Below the pieces are notes generated by a model. The model did not search any database. It was not told where the DNA came from and worked only from the letters and a program-made list of their open reading frames with translations. Shown here in pieces: positions 9,479 to 20,004 of a stretch of 64,000 nucleotides of DNA. The stretch comes from a virus (Duplodnaviria; Caudoviricetes), in the IMG/VR virus record IMGVR_UViG_3300027769_000025, positions 18,322 to 82,321 of that record. One strand, 5' to 3'. The translations under genes and the position numbers were made by a program. Numbering within the stretch: position 1 is the stretch's first letter; each line of letters begins with the position of its first letter.

Positions 9479-9895
9479 ATGAAAAAACTAATATTTTTAA
9501 TTTCATTTGTGTTTGTTAGTTTCATATCTGAAGCACAAGTAAAAAAACCTGTCGACACAACCCAAATGTGTATTCCTTACGATGTAGCACAAAAAATGTT
9601 ATTAGAACTTAATGATTACGACAGATTGAAAGAATTATCAAAACTAGATAAAAAAGAAATCACCGAACTTAATAATAAAATAGGTCTTTTAGAAAAAACA
9701 AATAATACTTGGCAAGTTAAAGATTCTTTAAGTGGTCAGATAATTTTACAAACAGAAGAAAAGGTAAAAATTTATAAAGAAGAAAATGAGAATTTAAACA
9801 AAGAATTGAAGAGACTTAAAACAAAAAATACACTATTTAATATTATATCAGGAGCTATTATTGCTCCATTAACATATATCGCAGTTTTTAAATAA
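9479..9895 (+). CDS. Signal-peptide coiled-coil protein with C-terminal hydrophobic helix
   Basis: MKKLIFLISFVFVSFISEAQ signal; C-terminal IISGAIIAPLTYIAVF. Confidence 0.65.
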   Translation: MKKLIFLISFVFVSFISEAQVKKPVDTTQMCIPYDVAQKMLLELNDYDRLKELSKLDKKEITELNNKIGLLEKTNNTWQVKDSLSGQIILQTEEKVKIYKEENENLNKELKRLKTKNTLFNIISGAIIAPLTYIAVFK

Positions 9896-10140
9896 TGGCC
9901 CTTACATCCTCAGATAAAAAAGAAATTGAAGTAATGATTAGAAAAGAGATCAAAGATTTCTTTAATTCTAACACTGCAAAACAATTTGAGGATAAATTGA
10001 TTGATAAAATCTCCAAAGAAATGCAAAAAGGAGGTCTAAAAAAAGACGTTAAAGAAATCGTCATAAAATCATTCCAAGAATACTTTCAAACCATGTATCA
10101 ACAAAGATATTATTGGGAGTCAAAATTTAGAAGCGTGTAA
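9895..10140 (+). CDS. Hypothetical protein
   Basis: ORF track; TAATG coupling. Confidence 0.65.
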   Translation: MALTSSDKKEIEVMIRKEIKDFFNSNTAKQFEDKLIDKISKEMQKGGLKKDVKEIVIKSFQEYFQTMYQQRYYWESKFRSV

Positions 10141-10910
10141 TGGAAGATATTTTCAACAAAATAAAAGAGAAGGTTAGTTATGGATTGGCAGATAATGCTG
10201 ATGCAAAATATGATACATTGAAAGCATTAAACAAAGCTTCATCAGAATTATCTGAAGAAAAACATTTTACCGATTTTTTGAAAGATAAAGAAGACTTGAT
10301 GAAAGTTTATTTGTTGGTTAAAAACAAAAAATTGTCAAACAATCAAATAAAGAAAAAAATAAAAGAATATTTGAAAGATCCTGAGGAAATAACAAAATTC
10401 CTTGAATCGGTTTTAAATTCCAATAAGTCAAAAAAGAAAGAAGAATCTAAAGAGGCGATGGGAGCGGCATCCGCTGGTGGATACTCAATGCCATTATTCT
10501 CAACGACTAAAGGTGATATAGTTAAAGGTGTTAAGACTGTTAGAGAACAAGCCGAATATGACTTAAGTATTGAGGATGGTGATGGAGAAGTAACGAAAGC
10601 GGAAACAAAAGAAGCAACAAGTGTATCATCAAGTGGACAATATAATCAACCCTCAATTTGGGCAAAATCCATGAAGAAAAAAGACTTCAGAGGATACTCT
10701 AAATCACAAATTCCAGGAGGAAAGTTTGTTCAAGTTAAGAAAAAGTGTAAAAAATTCCCCTATTGTAATCAGGGAGATATAAAGGCATTGAAAATATTCG
10801 AAAACGAATCAGTGCAGAATGCAATAGACAGTGTCTCGAGTAGCTACGGGATTGATAAAAACTATATTTCAGAAATTGTCTTTCAGGAAATCAGACAAAG
10901 ACAAAAGTGA
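10140..10910 (+). CDS. Hypothetical protein (probable virion-associated)
   Basis: ORF track; repeated KEA..ASxGxY motif, CKKFPYC motif. Confidence 0.7.
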   Translation: MEDIFNKIKEKVSYGLADNADAKYDTLKALNKASSELSEEKHFTDFLKDKEDLMKVYLLVKNKKLSNNQIKKKIKEYLKDPEEITKFLESVLNSNKSKKKEESKEAMGAASAGGYSMPLFSTTKGDIVKGVKTVREQAEYDLSIEDGDGEVTKAETKEATSVSSSGQYNQPSIWAKSMKKKDFRGYSKSQIPGGKFVQVKKKCKKFPYCNQGDIKALKIFENESVQNAIDSVSSSYGIDKNYISEIVFQEIRQRQK

Positions 10911-10934
10911 AGATATTTATAAAGAAAAATAATT

Positions 10935-12491
10935 ATGAACACAAGACAATATATCAACTCAAGATTTGAAAAAATTATATCAGAAAATATTAATGAGAAA
11001 GCCGACGCTATCTTACAAAGATTGAATTACGATGAGGAAGCACCATTCAATCCTGCTGGTGAAGCATTTGACTATGTACAAGAAGGTAATAGAGAAACTT
11101 GTAACGAATGTGGTAGCGAAATGTATGAAGGAGAATGTCTTGAGTGTGGTTCTAAAGGTGAAGTTATGGAATTAGGTGGTATGGATGACGGACACCCGAA
11201 ATATGGAAAGATGAATTTTTCAAAACTTTCAAGAAAAGAAATTGAAAAAATTATGAAAGATATGGACAATATGGAAGATGACGATGAAGAAGAATTCGTA
11301 GATTATGATGATATAGATTATGGTGATATGGATGATGATGAAGAAGAATATTATCCTGAACTGAGAATACCTCATGACATGCCATCATACAAAACTAAAT
11401 ATAGACATAGTGATGATGAAGACGATGAATGGGAAGAAGTAGATTTAGACACAGAAACTGATTGGGATCAATTAGAAGAAGATGAATGTACTGAGTGTGG
11501 TGATATGTATGAAATTGAACTTGATGAAAAATTATATGGAAACCAAACAAAACTTGACAAAAACAAAAACGGTAGAATAGATAGAGAGGATTTCAAAATG
11601 TTAAGAAAACAACAAGATGAGGAAGAAACTCTTTACGAAGTTGAATTTGAAAAAGATGAGTTTAAAGAAGAAAGTAAACCTGACTTTTTAGATTTAGACA
11701 AAGATGGTAATAAAAAAGAATCTATGAAGTCTGCAGCTAAAAGTAAAAAAATGAAAGGAAAGGTTACTGAGTCTTTAATTTTTACTGAAAATGAGTTGAT
11801 TTCACTTATTGAAAAAACAGTAAATGAAGAAAAAAAATTCAAAATGAGCGAGCCTAAAGGTTATCAAGAGTACGAAAAAGCACACAGAAAAGATAAGAAA
11901 GAAAATGAAGATTATTTAAAGATGGTTGCTAAAAAAATGACTGATTACTTAAAAGGTATGTCTGACAAAGAGTCTAAATACGAAATGAAAGAAACACAAA
12001 AATTCCCAACTGAAAATGGTGGTAAAAGAAAAAAATATACTCCATCTGAAGCTGTTGATGAATACATTGATGCATTCTCTTATCCTGGACAAACTAATTT
12101 AGTTTATGATGAGATCAAACCTAATGATGAAAGAATTGAAAAATATCTGAAAGGTGACAGTACTACAGGAAATGCACAAGTTGATAAAGACGGAAAGGCT
12201 TTAGGTAATGTTGTACCAAGTGAAGTTGGTGAGAAATTCTTCAAAAACTATAAAGATAATCTTTATGGTCAAGAACAACAACAGGCTTCTTATAAGAGAC
12301 AAACCCAACCTGTTGATCAGGCTGGTGAGGTAACTGAAAGAGGTTCTTTAAAATCTAAGAAAGGTAAAAAAACCGCACAAAGTGTTTTGAATAAAGTTGA
12401 GGAATCTGTTAATCAAAAAGAAAAACAAAAATTAACAGAAGAATTCCAAAGAATTCAAAATCTAATGGGCTATAACCAAAAGACTCAATAA
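10935..12491 (+). CDS. Acidic protein with CxECG zinc knuckles and EF-hand-like loops
   Basis: TCNECG..ECLECG, CTECG; DKNKNGRIDREDF and DLDKDGNKKES; ATATTTAT upstream. Confidence 0.75.
   Translation: MNTRQYINSRFEKIISENINEKADAILQRLNYDEEAPFNPAGEAFDYVQEGNRETCNECGSEMYEGECLECGSKGEVMELGGMDDGHPKYGKMNFSKLSRKEIEKIMKDMDNMEDDDEEEFVDYDDIDYGDMDDDEEEYYPELRIPHDMPSYKTKYRHSDDEDDEWEEVDLDTETDWDQLEEDECTECGDMYEIELDEKLYGNQTKLDKNKNGRIDREDFKMLRKQQDEEETLYEVEFEKDEFKEESKPDFLDLDKDGNKKESMKSAAKSKKMKGKVTESLIFTENELISLIEKTVNEEKKFKMSEPKGYQEYEKAHRKDKKENEDYLKMVAKKMTDYLKGMSDKESKYEMKETQKFPTENGGKRKKYTPSEAVDEYIDAFSYPGQTNLVYDEIKPNDERIEKYLKGDSTTGNAQVDKDGKALGNVVPSEVGEKFFKNYKDNLYGQEQQQASYKRQTQPVDQAGEVTERGSLKSKKGKKTAQSVLNKVEESVNQKEKQKLTEEFQRIQNLMGYNQKTQ
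11279..11419 (+). repeat. Dispersed ~140 bp repeat, copy 1 (copy 2 at 22149-22301)
   Basis: Identical nucleotide text encoding DDEEEFVDYDDIDYGDMDD..EEEYYPELRIPHDMPSYKTKYRHSDD. Confidence 0.95.
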
Positions 12492-12538
12492 TTTACATTA
12501 CTTAGTCTTATCCTATAATTTTTTCATAGTTTTTTACT

Positions 12539-13006
12539 ATGGATAATTTTCTAAATTACATTACAAAAAATCTTGACCCTGAAGAGGTGGACATCTGGTT
12601 CAGGGTCAATAATATAATTCCTGAAAAAATGGAATTGTATTATGACCTGTCTTATAGTCTATTCTTGTTAATCAAAAATACATATCTTGGAGATGAATCT
12701 GATAATGGTGAAACCACAGTAAAGATGAATGACACCGACAACAAAAAACACTTCAATTGGTGTTGGAAAAAAATCATAGATAACTTTGAAAGAGAAAGTA
12801 TTTCATTTGACATGGAAGGAGATCACTACGAGTATTTTTTTACACTATTCAATGAGATATATTACAGACAAAGCAAAGAAGCAATTAGAAATTCAATAGA
12901 TGTATTTTTCAATGATCTTTTCAATAGAGAAAAGGCATTCACACAAGTCGATCTTGATTTAATCTTTAATATATACAAAACACTAGATAAAAATCTTAAG
13001 GTTTAA
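12539..13006 (+). CDS. Hypothetical protein
   Basis: ORF track. Confidence 0.7.
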   Translation: MDNFLNYITKNLDPEEVDIWFRVNNIIPEKMELYYDLSYSLFLLIKNTYLGDESDNGETTVKMNDTDNKKHFNWCWKKIIDNFERESISFDMEGDHYEYFFTLFNEIYYRQSKEAIRNSIDVFFNDLFNREKAFTQVDLDLIFNIYKTLDKNLKV

Positions 13007-13069
13007 ACTTTACAATAGTTTATTTAGAACCTAATTTATGTGTAATAAACAATAATTTTTTAATTTCAA

Positions 13070-13240
13070 ATGGAAACTTTAGAAAAAATTAAAGAGCTTA
13101 CTGAGCAACTAAGTGTTGACGTTAACAAATTCTTTAGCGGAAACAAAAGTGCTGGTACAAGAGCTAGAAAAACCTCACAAGATTTAAAGGCACTTTTACA
13201 ACAATTAAGAGGTGAAATTTTAGAGGAGAAAAAAAAGTAA
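13070..13240 (+). CDS. Histone H1-like (Hc1 family) small DNA-binding protein, 56 aa
   Basis: Not in ORF track (<60 aa); METLEKIKELTEQLSVDVNKFFSGNKSAGTRARKTSQDLKALLQQLRGEI, with the GNKxAGTRARK hallmark. Confidence 0.8.
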   Translation: METLEKIKELTEQLSVDVNKFFSGNKSAGTRARKTSQDLKALLQQLRGEILEEKKK

Positions 13241-13241
13241 T

Positions 13242-13436
13242 ATGAGGGAATTGGATATTTTGTGTCTTTTTATTTTTGTATTATCAATAATATTTGTTAC
13301 TAATCAAATATTTAAGATTTCTGCTGAAATATTAAGTGAAAATCCTCAGAAGATAATTTATCGAGGATTTGAAAAAATATCCAATTACTTCTTTGTATCC
13401 TACTTAATAACTTATATTTTAATCAAATTTTTTTAA
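13242..13436 (+). CDS. Small membrane protein
   Basis: Two hydrophobic segments. Confidence 0.55.
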   Translation: MRELDILCLFIFVLSIIFVTNQIFKISAEILSENPQKIIYRGFEKISNYFFVSYLITYILIKFF

Positions 13437-13440
13437 AAAA

Positions 13441-13869
13441 ATGTATAACGAATTAAAAGACATATTTCAATTTTTAGTGTCAGTTAGAAAATTGAAAACA
13501 TACTTGACAATAGATATTGAATTTCCTGCTAATTGGAAAATACCTAAAAAATATGTGATAGAAGATAAGATTGTTGAGAACGAAAAATTAAATGATAATT
13601 TTAGATTTTTTTCATTTGTTACTGAATTTAACGAAGTAGAAATGAACCAAACAGTTTCTAATATAAAGAAAATAATTTCTTACAATAAAGAAATCGAAAT
13701 GAAAGAGAAATTGTTGAAACAAAAAATAGACGAATTAAAACGAATTTTTGAAAAAGAAAACTTAGACAATTTACAGTCATTAAAATTTGATATTTTAGAA
13801 GAAAAATTAGATGATGGAGAAGAAATCGTTGACACGAGAGGAACAAATGGTGGATTGGTTGAACAGTGA
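13441..13869 (+). CDS. Hypothetical protein
   Basis: ORF track. Confidence 0.7.
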   Translation: MYNELKDIFQFLVSVRKLKTYLTIDIEFPANWKIPKKYVIEDKIVENEKLNDNFRFFSFVTEFNEVEMNQTVSNIKKIISYNKEIEMKEKLLKQKIDELKRIFEKENLDNLQSLKFDILEEKLDDGEEIVDTRGTNGGLVEQ

Positions 13870-14011
13870 AATTGAAAAAGATAAAATCGAATTAGATAAA
13901 GAAAAAAAAGATCTAATAAATTCATTAAAATCAATAAAAAAAGAAGAAGTTTTACCAAAACAAGAAAAGCTTAGTTTATGGAAGAAAATAAAGAAAGTGT
14001 TATTGGGGTGA
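13811..14011 (+). CDS. Hypothetical protein
   Basis: ORF track; overlaps neighbours. Confidence 0.55.
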   Translation: MMEKKSLTREEQMVDWLNSEIEKDKIELDKEKKDLINSLKSIKKEEVLPKQEKLSLWKKIKKVLLG

Positions 14012-14295
14012 TAGAAAAATTGGCGTTAGTTACTGATGGACTACAAAATATTTTTCCTGACGGTAAGGTCATTTGTGTTTATGAATTAAATGATGAGGAC
14101 TTCAAACAAGTACAAGAAAATTTTCGTAAAATAGATCATACACACAAAAGATTCTCAATTGATATTTCAGGAATTGAACACGTATTTATTCATGAAAATT
14201 TTGAAAGACCCGAAAATAAAGAAGAGGTCAAAATAGAAGAACCAAAAAAACAAAGTTGGATAAGAAAAATACTATCTAGTTTTAAAGGTAGTTGA
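13978..14295 (+). CDS. Hypothetical protein
   Basis: ORF track. Confidence 0.65.
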   Translation: MEENKESVIGVIEKLALVTDGLQNIFPDGKVICVYELNDEDFKQVQENFRKIDHTHKRFSIDISGIEHVFIHENFERPENKEEVKIEEPKKQSWIRKILSSFKGS

Positions 14296-14910
14296 TCTTC
14301 TATATAGTGATTGTTTACTAATACCTTTTTCAGATAAAATATCATACAAGTATTTCTTTTGAGCTTTAGAGGATTCAGAAACTATTATACAATCAATTCT
14401 TTCTTGAGAAATCAAAAATTCATTAAGACTATCTAAAAATCTTTTGGATTCGTTTTCATCCTTTAAAGAAAACAAATTAACGTCATTATCATTCTGCAAA
14501 ACAACCTTATTATTTAATCTTGAAATTAACTTTATTGAATTTTTTGGTAAGTAGTTTTTGATAAAAACATCCATAGTTATTTTTGTCTTTTTATCAACAT
14601 CGTAGATTTTTTCAGGTATTTTGTATTTTACAACTTTAACAATTTTATAATCAGGATCATCTAAGTCTACCAAAACCTGCCTACCCATCTCATCCCTAAC
14701 AAACATCTTATCAAAAGTATCATTTTTCTTTTCAAGTATGGATAATTCATAATCACAAAGTTTAGCATTCTCAACTTTAGTTTCAAAAATGACAGATTTA
14801 TTTTCCTCAATTAGTTTATCAAAGAAAAGATTAGCTCTTTCTTTAGTTTTAAATTTGTTGATTATTTTTTTTCTTTCTTTATTTTTAAAGACAACAACTA
14901 AGTAGTTCAT
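14272..14910 (-). CDS. Hypothetical protein
   Basis: 212-aa minus-strand ORF with no competing plus ORF. Confidence 0.7.
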   Translation of the reverse strand: MNYLVVVFKNKERKKIINKFKTKERANLFFDKLIEENKSVIFETKVENAKLCDYELSILEKKNDTFDKMFVRDEMGRQVLVDLDDPDYKIVKVVKYKIPEKIYDVDKKTKITMDVFIKNYLPKNSIKLISRLNNKVVLQNDNDVNLFSLKDENESKRFLDSLNEFLISQERIDCIIVSESSKAQKKYLYDILSEKGISKQSLYRRSTTFKTR

Positions 14911-14939
14911 AAATTAATAATAATATTTTCTTTTTATAA

Positions 14940-15857
14940 ATGAATAATGAAAATTTTTACCAAGTTTTGGGAGTCCAAGAAAATGCGACTCAAGATGAAA
15001 TAAAGAAGGCATACCGTAATTTGGCGAAAGAGAATCACCCAGACACAGGAGGTGATGAAGACAAGTTTAAAAAGATTTCGGTCGCTTACGATGCTTTGAG
15101 TGATGAATCTAAAAGAAGAGAATACGATGCTAAAAAAAGAAATCCATTTGGTAATTATGACAACTATGACGATGTGTTCTCTAACATGTTCGGTTCTAGA
15201 AAGGCAAGACAAACTGTTCATACCACAAACATTACAGTGAATGTTGGTGTTTTAGATTCATATAGAGCAAACAAACATTCTCTTTCATATAGGAGACAAA
15301 CAATGTGCGAACCATGTTCAGGTACTGGTGGTGATAAAAAAACTTGCGGGACTTGTAACGGATCAGGTGTTGTAGTTAGACAAGTTGGGTCAGGATTTTT
15401 CGTCCAAGTAGTACAGATGGCTTGTGATGGATGTGGTGGAACTGGAAGTATAACCATTAACCCATGTTTTATGTGTAGTGGAAGTGGGTCAAAACCTGAA
15501 ATAAAAAACTTGGATATATCTTTACCACATGGGATAGATAATGGTCAGTTTTTAAGATTACAAGGAATGGGAGATTTCAAAAACGGAAACTATGGTGATT
15601 TAGTTGTTAGAATTGATTTGAAACCACAAGATGGATTTGATAAAATAGGTAACCACTTGGTTTATAATGTTTATATGAATCTTGATGAACTTAAACAAGG
15701 AAGTTTCAATGTACCACATCCTGATGGTATGTTGAATGTTAAAATGCCAAAGAAAGTGGACACATCATTACCATTAAGAGTAAAATCAAAAGGATTTAGA
15801 TTAGACACTGTTGGTGATTTGATGATCAACCAATATGTAAGATTTGATAGAGATTAG
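14940..15857 (+). CDS. dnaJ: DnaJ chaperone (J domain, zinc finger, C-terminal domain)
   Basis: [22 protein letters not shown]; four CxxCxGxG repeats. Confidence 0.93.
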   Translation: MNNENFYQVLGVQENATQDEIKKAYRNLAKENHPDTGGDEDKFKKISVAYDALSDESKRREYDAKKRNPFGNYDNYDDVFSNMFGSRKARQTVHTTNITVNVGVLDSYRANKHSLSYRRQTMCEPCSGTGGDKKTCGTCNGSGVVVRQVGSGFFVQVVQMACDGCGGTGSITINPCFMCSGSGSKPEIKNLDISLPHGIDNGQFLRLQGMGDFKNGNYGDLVVRIDLKPQDGFDKIGNHLVYNVYMNLDELKQGSFNVPHPDGMLNVKMPKKVDTSLPLRVKSKGFRLDTVGDLMINQYVRFDRD

Positions 15858-16015
15858 AATAAAGATATAATGTCTTTAATGAACGATACGATACCGTAGA
15901 TACCAAAAAAGAAGAATATCCCACCACCAATTAGAACAAACCTTTGGGTGTTCTGTACTTGTTTACTTTCTTCACAAGTTCTACATTTTACTTCTGTTGC
16001 TTTTTTCTCGTCCAT
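15854..16015 (-). CDS. Small CxxC membrane protein (53 aa)
   Basis: [19 protein letters not shown]...[21 protein letters not shown]; below ORF-track cutoff. Confidence 0.6.
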   Translation of the reverse strand: MDEKKATEVKCRTCEESKQVQNTQRFVLIGGGIFFFFGIYGIVSFIKDIISLF

Positions 16016-16022
16016 AAATTAA

Positions 16023-16529
16023 TTATAATACAATGGTTTTAATATGAAAATAGTTTTCCAACATTACTTTCTTCTGTTGGGGTTTGTTTTTGTTGAAGAA
16101 TCTAAGATAATTACCATCAAATGAATAAGTGCTTGTTGGAATGACGTAAACCCTGTCAGTAGATTTTTCAATTATAAATTCTAAATAATCAAAAACTTCT
16201 TCATCTTCATTATCCTCATCTCTATAAACAAACTTTAACCTATCACCCAGTGAATGATCTGCAAATGATCTAATAATTTTTGGATATTTTAATTCTATAA
16301 CTTGTGATAAAATGTCGTTTGGAACCGCAACTCTTTCGTGTGTTGAAGTATCAGAGTCAATAGAATCTAAAATTGATTGTCTTATGAAATCAAAATCTTT
16401 ATTACCCTTTCTATCTATTGATTGATGACTTGAAGCATAGAATGAATTACCTCTTGGACTGATATATAATAAATCTTCCCTGTCGGCTTGCTCGGCAATA
16501 ATTGATCTTAGAGTTTGAAGCATTTTCAT
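16023..16529 (-). CDS. Hypothetical protein
   Basis: ATG at 16529 (MKMLQTLRSIIAEQ) preferred, TATTTAT motif 6 nt upstream. Confidence 0.65.
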   Translation of the reverse strand: MKMLQTLRSIIAEQADREDLLYISPRGNSFYASSHQSIDRKGNKDFDFIRQSILDSIDSDTSTHERVAVPNDILSQVIELKYPKIIRSFADHSLGDRLKFVYRDEDNEDEEVFDYLEFIIEKSTDRVYVIPTSTYSFDGNYLRFFNKNKPQQKKVMLENYFHIKTIVL

Positions 16530-16597
16530 ACTAGAATAAATAGTTGAAAAATAAAAATACAATTGATTAGTCGTCTTGTTTTTAGTATCTTTATTAC

Positions 16598-17437
16598 ATG
16601 TTAAGTTATATTGGTGGAAAAAGTAAAATTGGTAAATGGATAGTTCCATTCTACGATAAAGATATGGAGGTTTATGTAGAAACTTTCGGCGGAATGTTTT
16701 GGTGTTTTTTTAATATGGACCTGAAACAGTTCCCAAACCTTAAAAAAGTTGTTTATAATGACTTTAACCCGCTGAACTACAACCTCTTCAAATGCGTTCA
16801 AAACCCAACTGAACTATTGAAAGCAATTAACGCAATTGATTGTCAAAAGTTGGGTGAGGAACCAACACCACCAATATATAAAGAACAATTTATCAGCTTT
16901 CAGGCTGAATTATTTGGTGAAAATTTCAGCGTAGAACCTGGCAATTATGAAGTTGCCGCTAAATATGTATACATTCTAACACAAGTTTTTAGTGGGTCAA
17001 AACCTGAAACATCAAACTTTATTGATCTTAAAGGTAAGTATAAATCAAAATATCTTACCTTTAGAGATAAGTTATCAAAACCTGATTGGATTGAGCATTT
17101 CCTTAAAATTACGGAAGTTGAGAACATGGACTTTGCGGATGTAATTGAGAAGTATGACTCACCGTCTACTTACATTTATTTGGATCCACCATATTGGAAA
17201 ACAGAAAACTATTACTCCAACCATGACTTTGATAGACAAGATCATGAGCGTTTAGCTAATGTGTTACACGGAGTTAAAGGTAAGTTTTCTCTATCCTATT
17301 ATGACTTTGAATTACTTCAAGAATGGTTCCCTAAAGAACAATATACTTGGGTTAAAAAAGAGTTTGCCAAAGCCGCTTCCGCTAAGAAAGGTGAGAAACA
17401 AAATATGGGGGAAGAATTATTGATAATGAATTATTAA
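16598..17437 (+). CDS. DNA adenine methyltransferase (Dam-like, D12 class)
   Basis: YIGGKS, YVETFGG, VYNDFN, YLDPPY, FSLSY motifs. Confidence 0.9.
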   Translation: MLSYIGGKSKIGKWIVPFYDKDMEVYVETFGGMFWCFFNMDLKQFPNLKKVVYNDFNPLNYNLFKCVQNPTELLKAINAIDCQKLGEEPTPPIYKEQFISFQAELFGENFSVEPGNYEVAAKYVYILTQVFSGSKPETSNFIDLKGKYKSKYLTFRDKLSKPDWIEHFLKITEVENMDFADVIEKYDSPSTYIYLDPPYWKTENYYSNHDFDRQDHERLANVLHGVKGKFSLSYYDFELLQEWFPKEQYTWVKKEFAKAASAKKGEKQNMGEELLIMNY

Positions 17438-17477
17438 TTTTTTACTGTTTACAAATATTTATTAAATAAAAAATATT

Positions 17478-18860
17478 ATGTCACTTAGGTTCACCAATCT
17501 ATTAAGAGATCTTATTGTTGAAAGTTCAAGATTTCAAGTATTATTCGATAAGTTCGTAAAACCAAAAGAAAGAGGTCAAAGAGGTATTATGCCTTTTGAA
17601 ACTTTATTCGCACTTATCGCCGCTGACCCAACTACAAAGGTCCCTGACGGTATGGATATTGATAATGTTAAACCTGAACAGATGGAGAAGGTTAAAATTG
17701 GTAAATACGCTCAATGGTTATTAAAAAACTTTGTCACTCCTAAATTACCTGCTGATCACCCTTTAATGGTTTCAGATCCACAATCAGGTCAATATAAAGC
17801 GGCTTTAAAGGCATTCCAAGATCTTTTCATGGAAGACTTATATAAGGTTACAACAAACCTTCAAAAGTTTGAAAGATTTAAAAATAGATTACCTCAAGAA
17901 TATAGAGATATCAATAAACTAACTCCTGAGACTCTTTATGATCAAGTTAAAGATTTTAGTTTAGAAAAAACTAAAGCAACAGCCGCTGAGAAAAAAGAAG
18001 CATCTCAGACATTTGCTCACCCTGGTGCTGATATCGTCTATAGAGGTCAAGATTGGACAGTTGCCAAAATCTCAGATAAAGGTCCATTAGGTAAAGAAGC
18101 GGCATGTTTCTATGGTGGATCTCATAATGAGGCAAGACGAGGTGAAACTAACTGGTGTACATCATCACCTGGACTTTCTTGGTTTGATCGTTATATCGGT
18201 AAAGGACCGTTATATGTTGTAATCCCAAATAAACCATCATCGTTTAAATCTTACGGAAAAGAAACGGGTGAAGTTTCAGGATTACCAGCAAACAGATACC
18301 AATTCCACTTCCCTGATAACCAATTCATGGATGCGGACGACAGACAAATCAATTTGATTGAATTCTTAAACACAAATGAAGAGGGACTAAAACAATTCTT
18401 CAAACCTGAGTTCATGAAGTCATTAGCCGGAGATAAAGGTGAAAAAGTTGTGATTGATTATCCAGGTGATTCGGCATCAAAATTCATTGCACTTTATGGT
18501 TTTGACGAATTCTTCGCCACTCTTCCTCAGTCACTGAAAAGACTTACATTCAAAAACACGTCAAGAGACAGAATTTCATTGAATATTCCAAACGACATTG
18601 GAAGATTTAAACAGTTGAACGCAATCAACTTTGTTGGATGTGTTGCAACTATACCTGAAGCAATTTGTCAATTACAAAATTTACAATATTTATCTTTAGT
18701 TAATAACCCAGACCTTCAAAAATTACCTGAATGTGTGGGGGACATGCAAAACCTTATGGTACTAAATCTTGGAGGATCCGATCCTAAAAAAGTTCTACCT
18801 GAATCTGTATTCAGAAGAGCTGAAACAGACGAGGACTTCAACTTATTTACACACTCTTAA
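17478..18860 (+). CDS. Hypothetical protein with WCT motif and C-terminal leucine-rich repeats
   Basis: GETNWCTS, RYQFHF; IPEAICQLQNLQYLSLVNNPDLQKLPECVGDMQNLMVLNL. Confidence 0.75.
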   Translation: MSLRFTNLLRDLIVESSRFQVLFDKFVKPKERGQRGIMPFETLFALIAADPTTKVPDGMDIDNVKPEQMEKVKIGKYAQWLLKNFVTPKLPADHPLMVSDPQSGQYKAALKAFQDLFMEDLYKVTTNLQKFERFKNRLPQEYRDINKLTPETLYDQVKDFSLEKTKATAAEKKEASQTFAHPGADIVYRGQDWTVAKISDKGPLGKEAACFYGGSHNEARRGETNWCTSSPGLSWFDRYIGKGPLYVVIPNKPSSFKSYGKETGEVSGLPANRYQFHFPDNQFMDADDRQINLIEFLNTNEEGLKQFFKPEFMKSLAGDKGEKVVIDYPGDSASKFIALYGFDEFFATLPQSLKRLTFKNTSRDRISLNIPNDIGRFKQLNAINFVGCVATIPEAICQLQNLQYLSLVNNPDLQKLPECVGDMQNLMVLNLGGSDPKKVLPESVFRRAETDEDFNLFTHS

Positions 18861-18862
18861 AA

Positions 18863-19552
18863 ATGAATAGAAGATTAATAATTAATGAAGAAGAAAAAAG
18901 AAGAATTTTAAATCTTCATGAAGGTAGAAGATCTAAAGAATTAGGTTTTTTATTTGAAGACGATAATGCTCAAGTAGACGGTGTTTACAACAATGACAAA
19001 GATTACGACTACAAAAAAGAAGGAGACAATTATTTTTTTAAATTGAAGGAAAAACCTGCCAGTCCTAAGGCTCAAGCGTTAAAAAAACAAGGGAAATTTG
19101 CAGATTGGACAGCGGCAACAGGAGCGGCGAAAGATGCTATCGCTAAATTACCATTCTTAGCTAACTTAACCGCATTTCAAGGACCTGGTGACGTTGACGG
19201 AAGTGATGAGGCATTTGATGCCCCACAAACAGCACCTACAACACCAACAGCGTCAACAACACCATCAGCGTCAACAACACCAGCAGCGTCAACAACACCA
19301 GCAGCGTCAACAACACCAGCAGCGTCAACAACACCAGCACCTACGTCAAAAAACCCTGATGTTTTAGCGGACTTAAAAACCGCATCACAAATCAGACAAG
19401 AATTTAGACAAGGTAAAAGAGATAAAAACAAAGCGATGAGACAATACAATCAAATGGTTAATAAATATAACAAATTAAAAAGTAAAATGAGTCCAGAAGA
19501 TAATTCGGCTTATCTACAAGCAATTGGCCAATTGAAACAACAAATAGGATAA
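18863..19552 (+). CDS. Hypothetical protein with ASTTPA linker
   Basis: N-terminal LIINEEEKRRILNLH; 18-bp tandem repeat. Confidence 0.7.
   Translation: MNRRLIINEEEKRRILNLHEGRRSKELGFLFEDDNAQVDGVYNNDKDYDYKKEGDNYFFKLKEKPASPKAQALKKQGKFADWTAATGAAKDAIAKLPFLANLTAFQGPGDVDGSDEAFDAPQTAPTTPTASTTPSASTTPAASTTPAASTTPAASTTPAPTSKNPDVLADLKTASQIRQEFRQGKRDKNKAMRQYNQMVNKYNKLKSKMSPEDNSAYLQAIGQLKQQIG
19238..19339 (+). repeat. 18-bp tandem repeat (GCAGCGTCAACAACACCA) ~5.5 copies
   Basis: Read directly; encodes ASTTP(A/S). Confidence 0.9.
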
Positions 19553-19572
19553 TAAATAAATTACATTCTTTT

Positions 19573-19604
19573 AAAACCCCCCTTCTTTTGATCGGGGGTT
19601 TTTT
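19573..19604 (+). terminator. Rho-independent terminator
   Basis: AAAACCCCC...GGGGGTTTTTT. Confidence 0.7.
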
Positions 19605-19627
19605 GTTTAACAAAGTATTTATCTTAT

Positions 19628-20002
19628 ATGAAAATCATCATAACAGAAGAACAGTATAATCTAATCAACGAAACCTATAGAAGAGATCGTTTTGATGCTG
19701 AGTACGCTGATGAATATCCAAAGTATAAGAAGTTGTTTTTAAAGACAATATCTAAAGATGTTAAAGGTTGGGGTGAATGGCCAGGATCAATTTATCTGAT
19801 GACTGAAAACGGGGACCCTTTATTTGTATATAGAATACCATCAAAAACCGTATATTATGATTATTCAATAGATAAAGAGATGGAAGAATATATTCCTTAT
19901 CACATTGTTTCAAGACACTTAAAAAATGCGGTTTATGATTACTTCAAAGGACTTTTTCCTGATGTTGAAATAAAAGAGGTAAGTGGGGCTAATATTGTAT
20001 AG
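19628..20002 (+). CDS. MKIIIT-family hypothetical protein
   Basis: MKIIITEEQY N-terminus; GTATTTAT 5 nt upstream. Confidence 0.75.
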   Translation: MKIIITEEQYNLINETYRRDRFDAEYADEYPKYKKLFLKTISKDVKGWGEWPGSIYLMTENGDPLFVYRIPSKTVYYDYSIDKEMEEYIPYHIVSRHLKNAVYDYFKGLFPDVEIKEVSGANIV

Positions 20003-20004
20003 TT

